Shown here piece by piece: positions 1 through 64,000 of a DNA stretch of 64,000 nt. The notes below the pieces were generated by a model. It was not told where the DNA came from. It was given only the letters and a program-made list of their open reading frames with translations, and ran no database searches. The stretch spans positions 1 through 64,000 of the forward strand of contig JAQGDQ010000699.1 of the NCBI GenBank assembly GCA_030141605.1, in the 5' to 3' direction. Every line of letters starts with the position of its first letter. Position 1 is the stretch's first letter. A program made the translations under genes and the position numbers. The DNA is from Tubiluchus corallicola. Lineage: Eukaryota > Animalia > Priapulida.

Positions 1-62742
<62,742 letters not shown>

Positions 62743-63439
62743 TTAAACTCTTTTCCAATGCAGGTAACATTTCTATAAGATTTTACTTGTTAGTAATACA
62801 CAAGAGCACCTGTTTTCTTAAACACCAATGCTCCTTTTGAGGTTCTCGGAATGTTAGGCGTAGCTTTCTATACGACCACAAATGCATTATTAATGATATA
62901 CATTAACCTCGTAGTCAATCTTACTGTATGCTTTGTTACTTTGACACCAAAGTTGTAAATGTTTTGAACAACATTCTTAATGGCTGACCAGAAAAGCTCG
63001 TGGCAATCCTCTGGAAAAATGCAGTGTTACGTAAAGCAAATATTCACTTGTGAAAGATTTAATGACGACTTTTCTGAATTTCACTGGAGAAGATGCGTAA
63101 ATTGCAGAATAGCTAAAGAACGGAAATTTAAAGATCCATAAGAGCTATACAGTACCGGCCACAATGTCATTGACAAAATAACCAACACGTGCTTTTCCGT
63201 GCTTAGACCATCATTAGAACTATGATAAGAAATACCTCGTAGCATTAATTATTAAAGTTGAGTTCACTAATTGACAATGAACAACTCTGTTCAACATGAA
63301 CTAAATTGCACTACATTTTAATTGCAAAAAATGGATCTGCACATGATGAATATTAATAACCTTTTTAAACTGTGAAAGCATGTCAAAACTCAAAACTCAA
63401 TGTACTGTACCAGGATTTACGTAGTGAAAATACGAGTAG

Positions 63440-63489
63440 TATTAGTAATGGTAGTAGCGGTGGTAGTGGCAGTAGGAGCAGTAGGAGCT

Positions 63490-63523
<34 letters not shown>

Positions 63524-63532
63524 GAAGTAGTA
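63440..63532. repeat. (GTA/GCA)n microsatellite
   Basis: Direct reading. Confidence 0.88.
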
Positions 63533-64000
63533 GAAATGCTCAAACTATGCATGACAATAATTTCGCTTGTACATTTTTATGATCCAATGGTTGCGCTCTG
63601 CACTGCTTGTTTTCATGTGCTTGCTGTGCGTCCAACATAGCAGGCAGAACATACCTGATATGAAAATTTATAAACAACATAGTAATTCACGTGGAATCGT
63701 TAGTACAAAGCTATGCGTATTTCAGGAACGAGTGATTTAATATTCCTGCTAAACTGATCAACTAGATGATCACCGTAAGTTTTTGAAGGTGAGTGCTGGG
63801 CTCCTCCTGCTACTTAGTCTTAAAAGGAACTGGATTAAAATGTGTAATTGAATGTAGGTGTGATCTAGTCCTTACGTAACACTTGCCTACAGTACTTTGA
63901 GTTTACACACTTTCACAGTTTTCATAGTTTTTGAAAATGATTAATAACATTCATCATTGCACAGATTCGTTTCTTTATGGTTAAAATGTTGTACAGTTTA

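Overview
AT-rich eukaryotic (invertebrate-like animal) genomic DNA. Almost the whole window is one + strand, intron-rich polycystin-1 family (PKD1-like) gene. I traced 43 GT-AG exons by eye; all splice phases are compatible and they join into one open frame of about 12,630 nt (about 4,200 codons) from the window edge to a TAA at 62740-62742. The 5' end lies upstream of the window. Domain order: PKD1-type Cys-rich linker, Ig-like PKD repeats, REJ, GAIN/GPS, TM1, PLAT, further TM helices, TOP domain, TRPP-like channel core and a short tail. The most unusual feature is a 4,284-nt exon holding about four near-identical, in-frame 915-bp (305-aa) tandem units with mosaic variants. Introns hold many non-autonomous DNA transposons (hAT-like with 8-bp TSDs, Kolobok-like with TTAA, foldback types), a decayed LINE, a tRNA-derived SINE split by a transposon, minisatellites and microsatellites. 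I found no CRISPR array, rRNA, intact tRNA or prokaryote-type system. Comparisons with human PKD1/PKD2 are from memory and need alignment.
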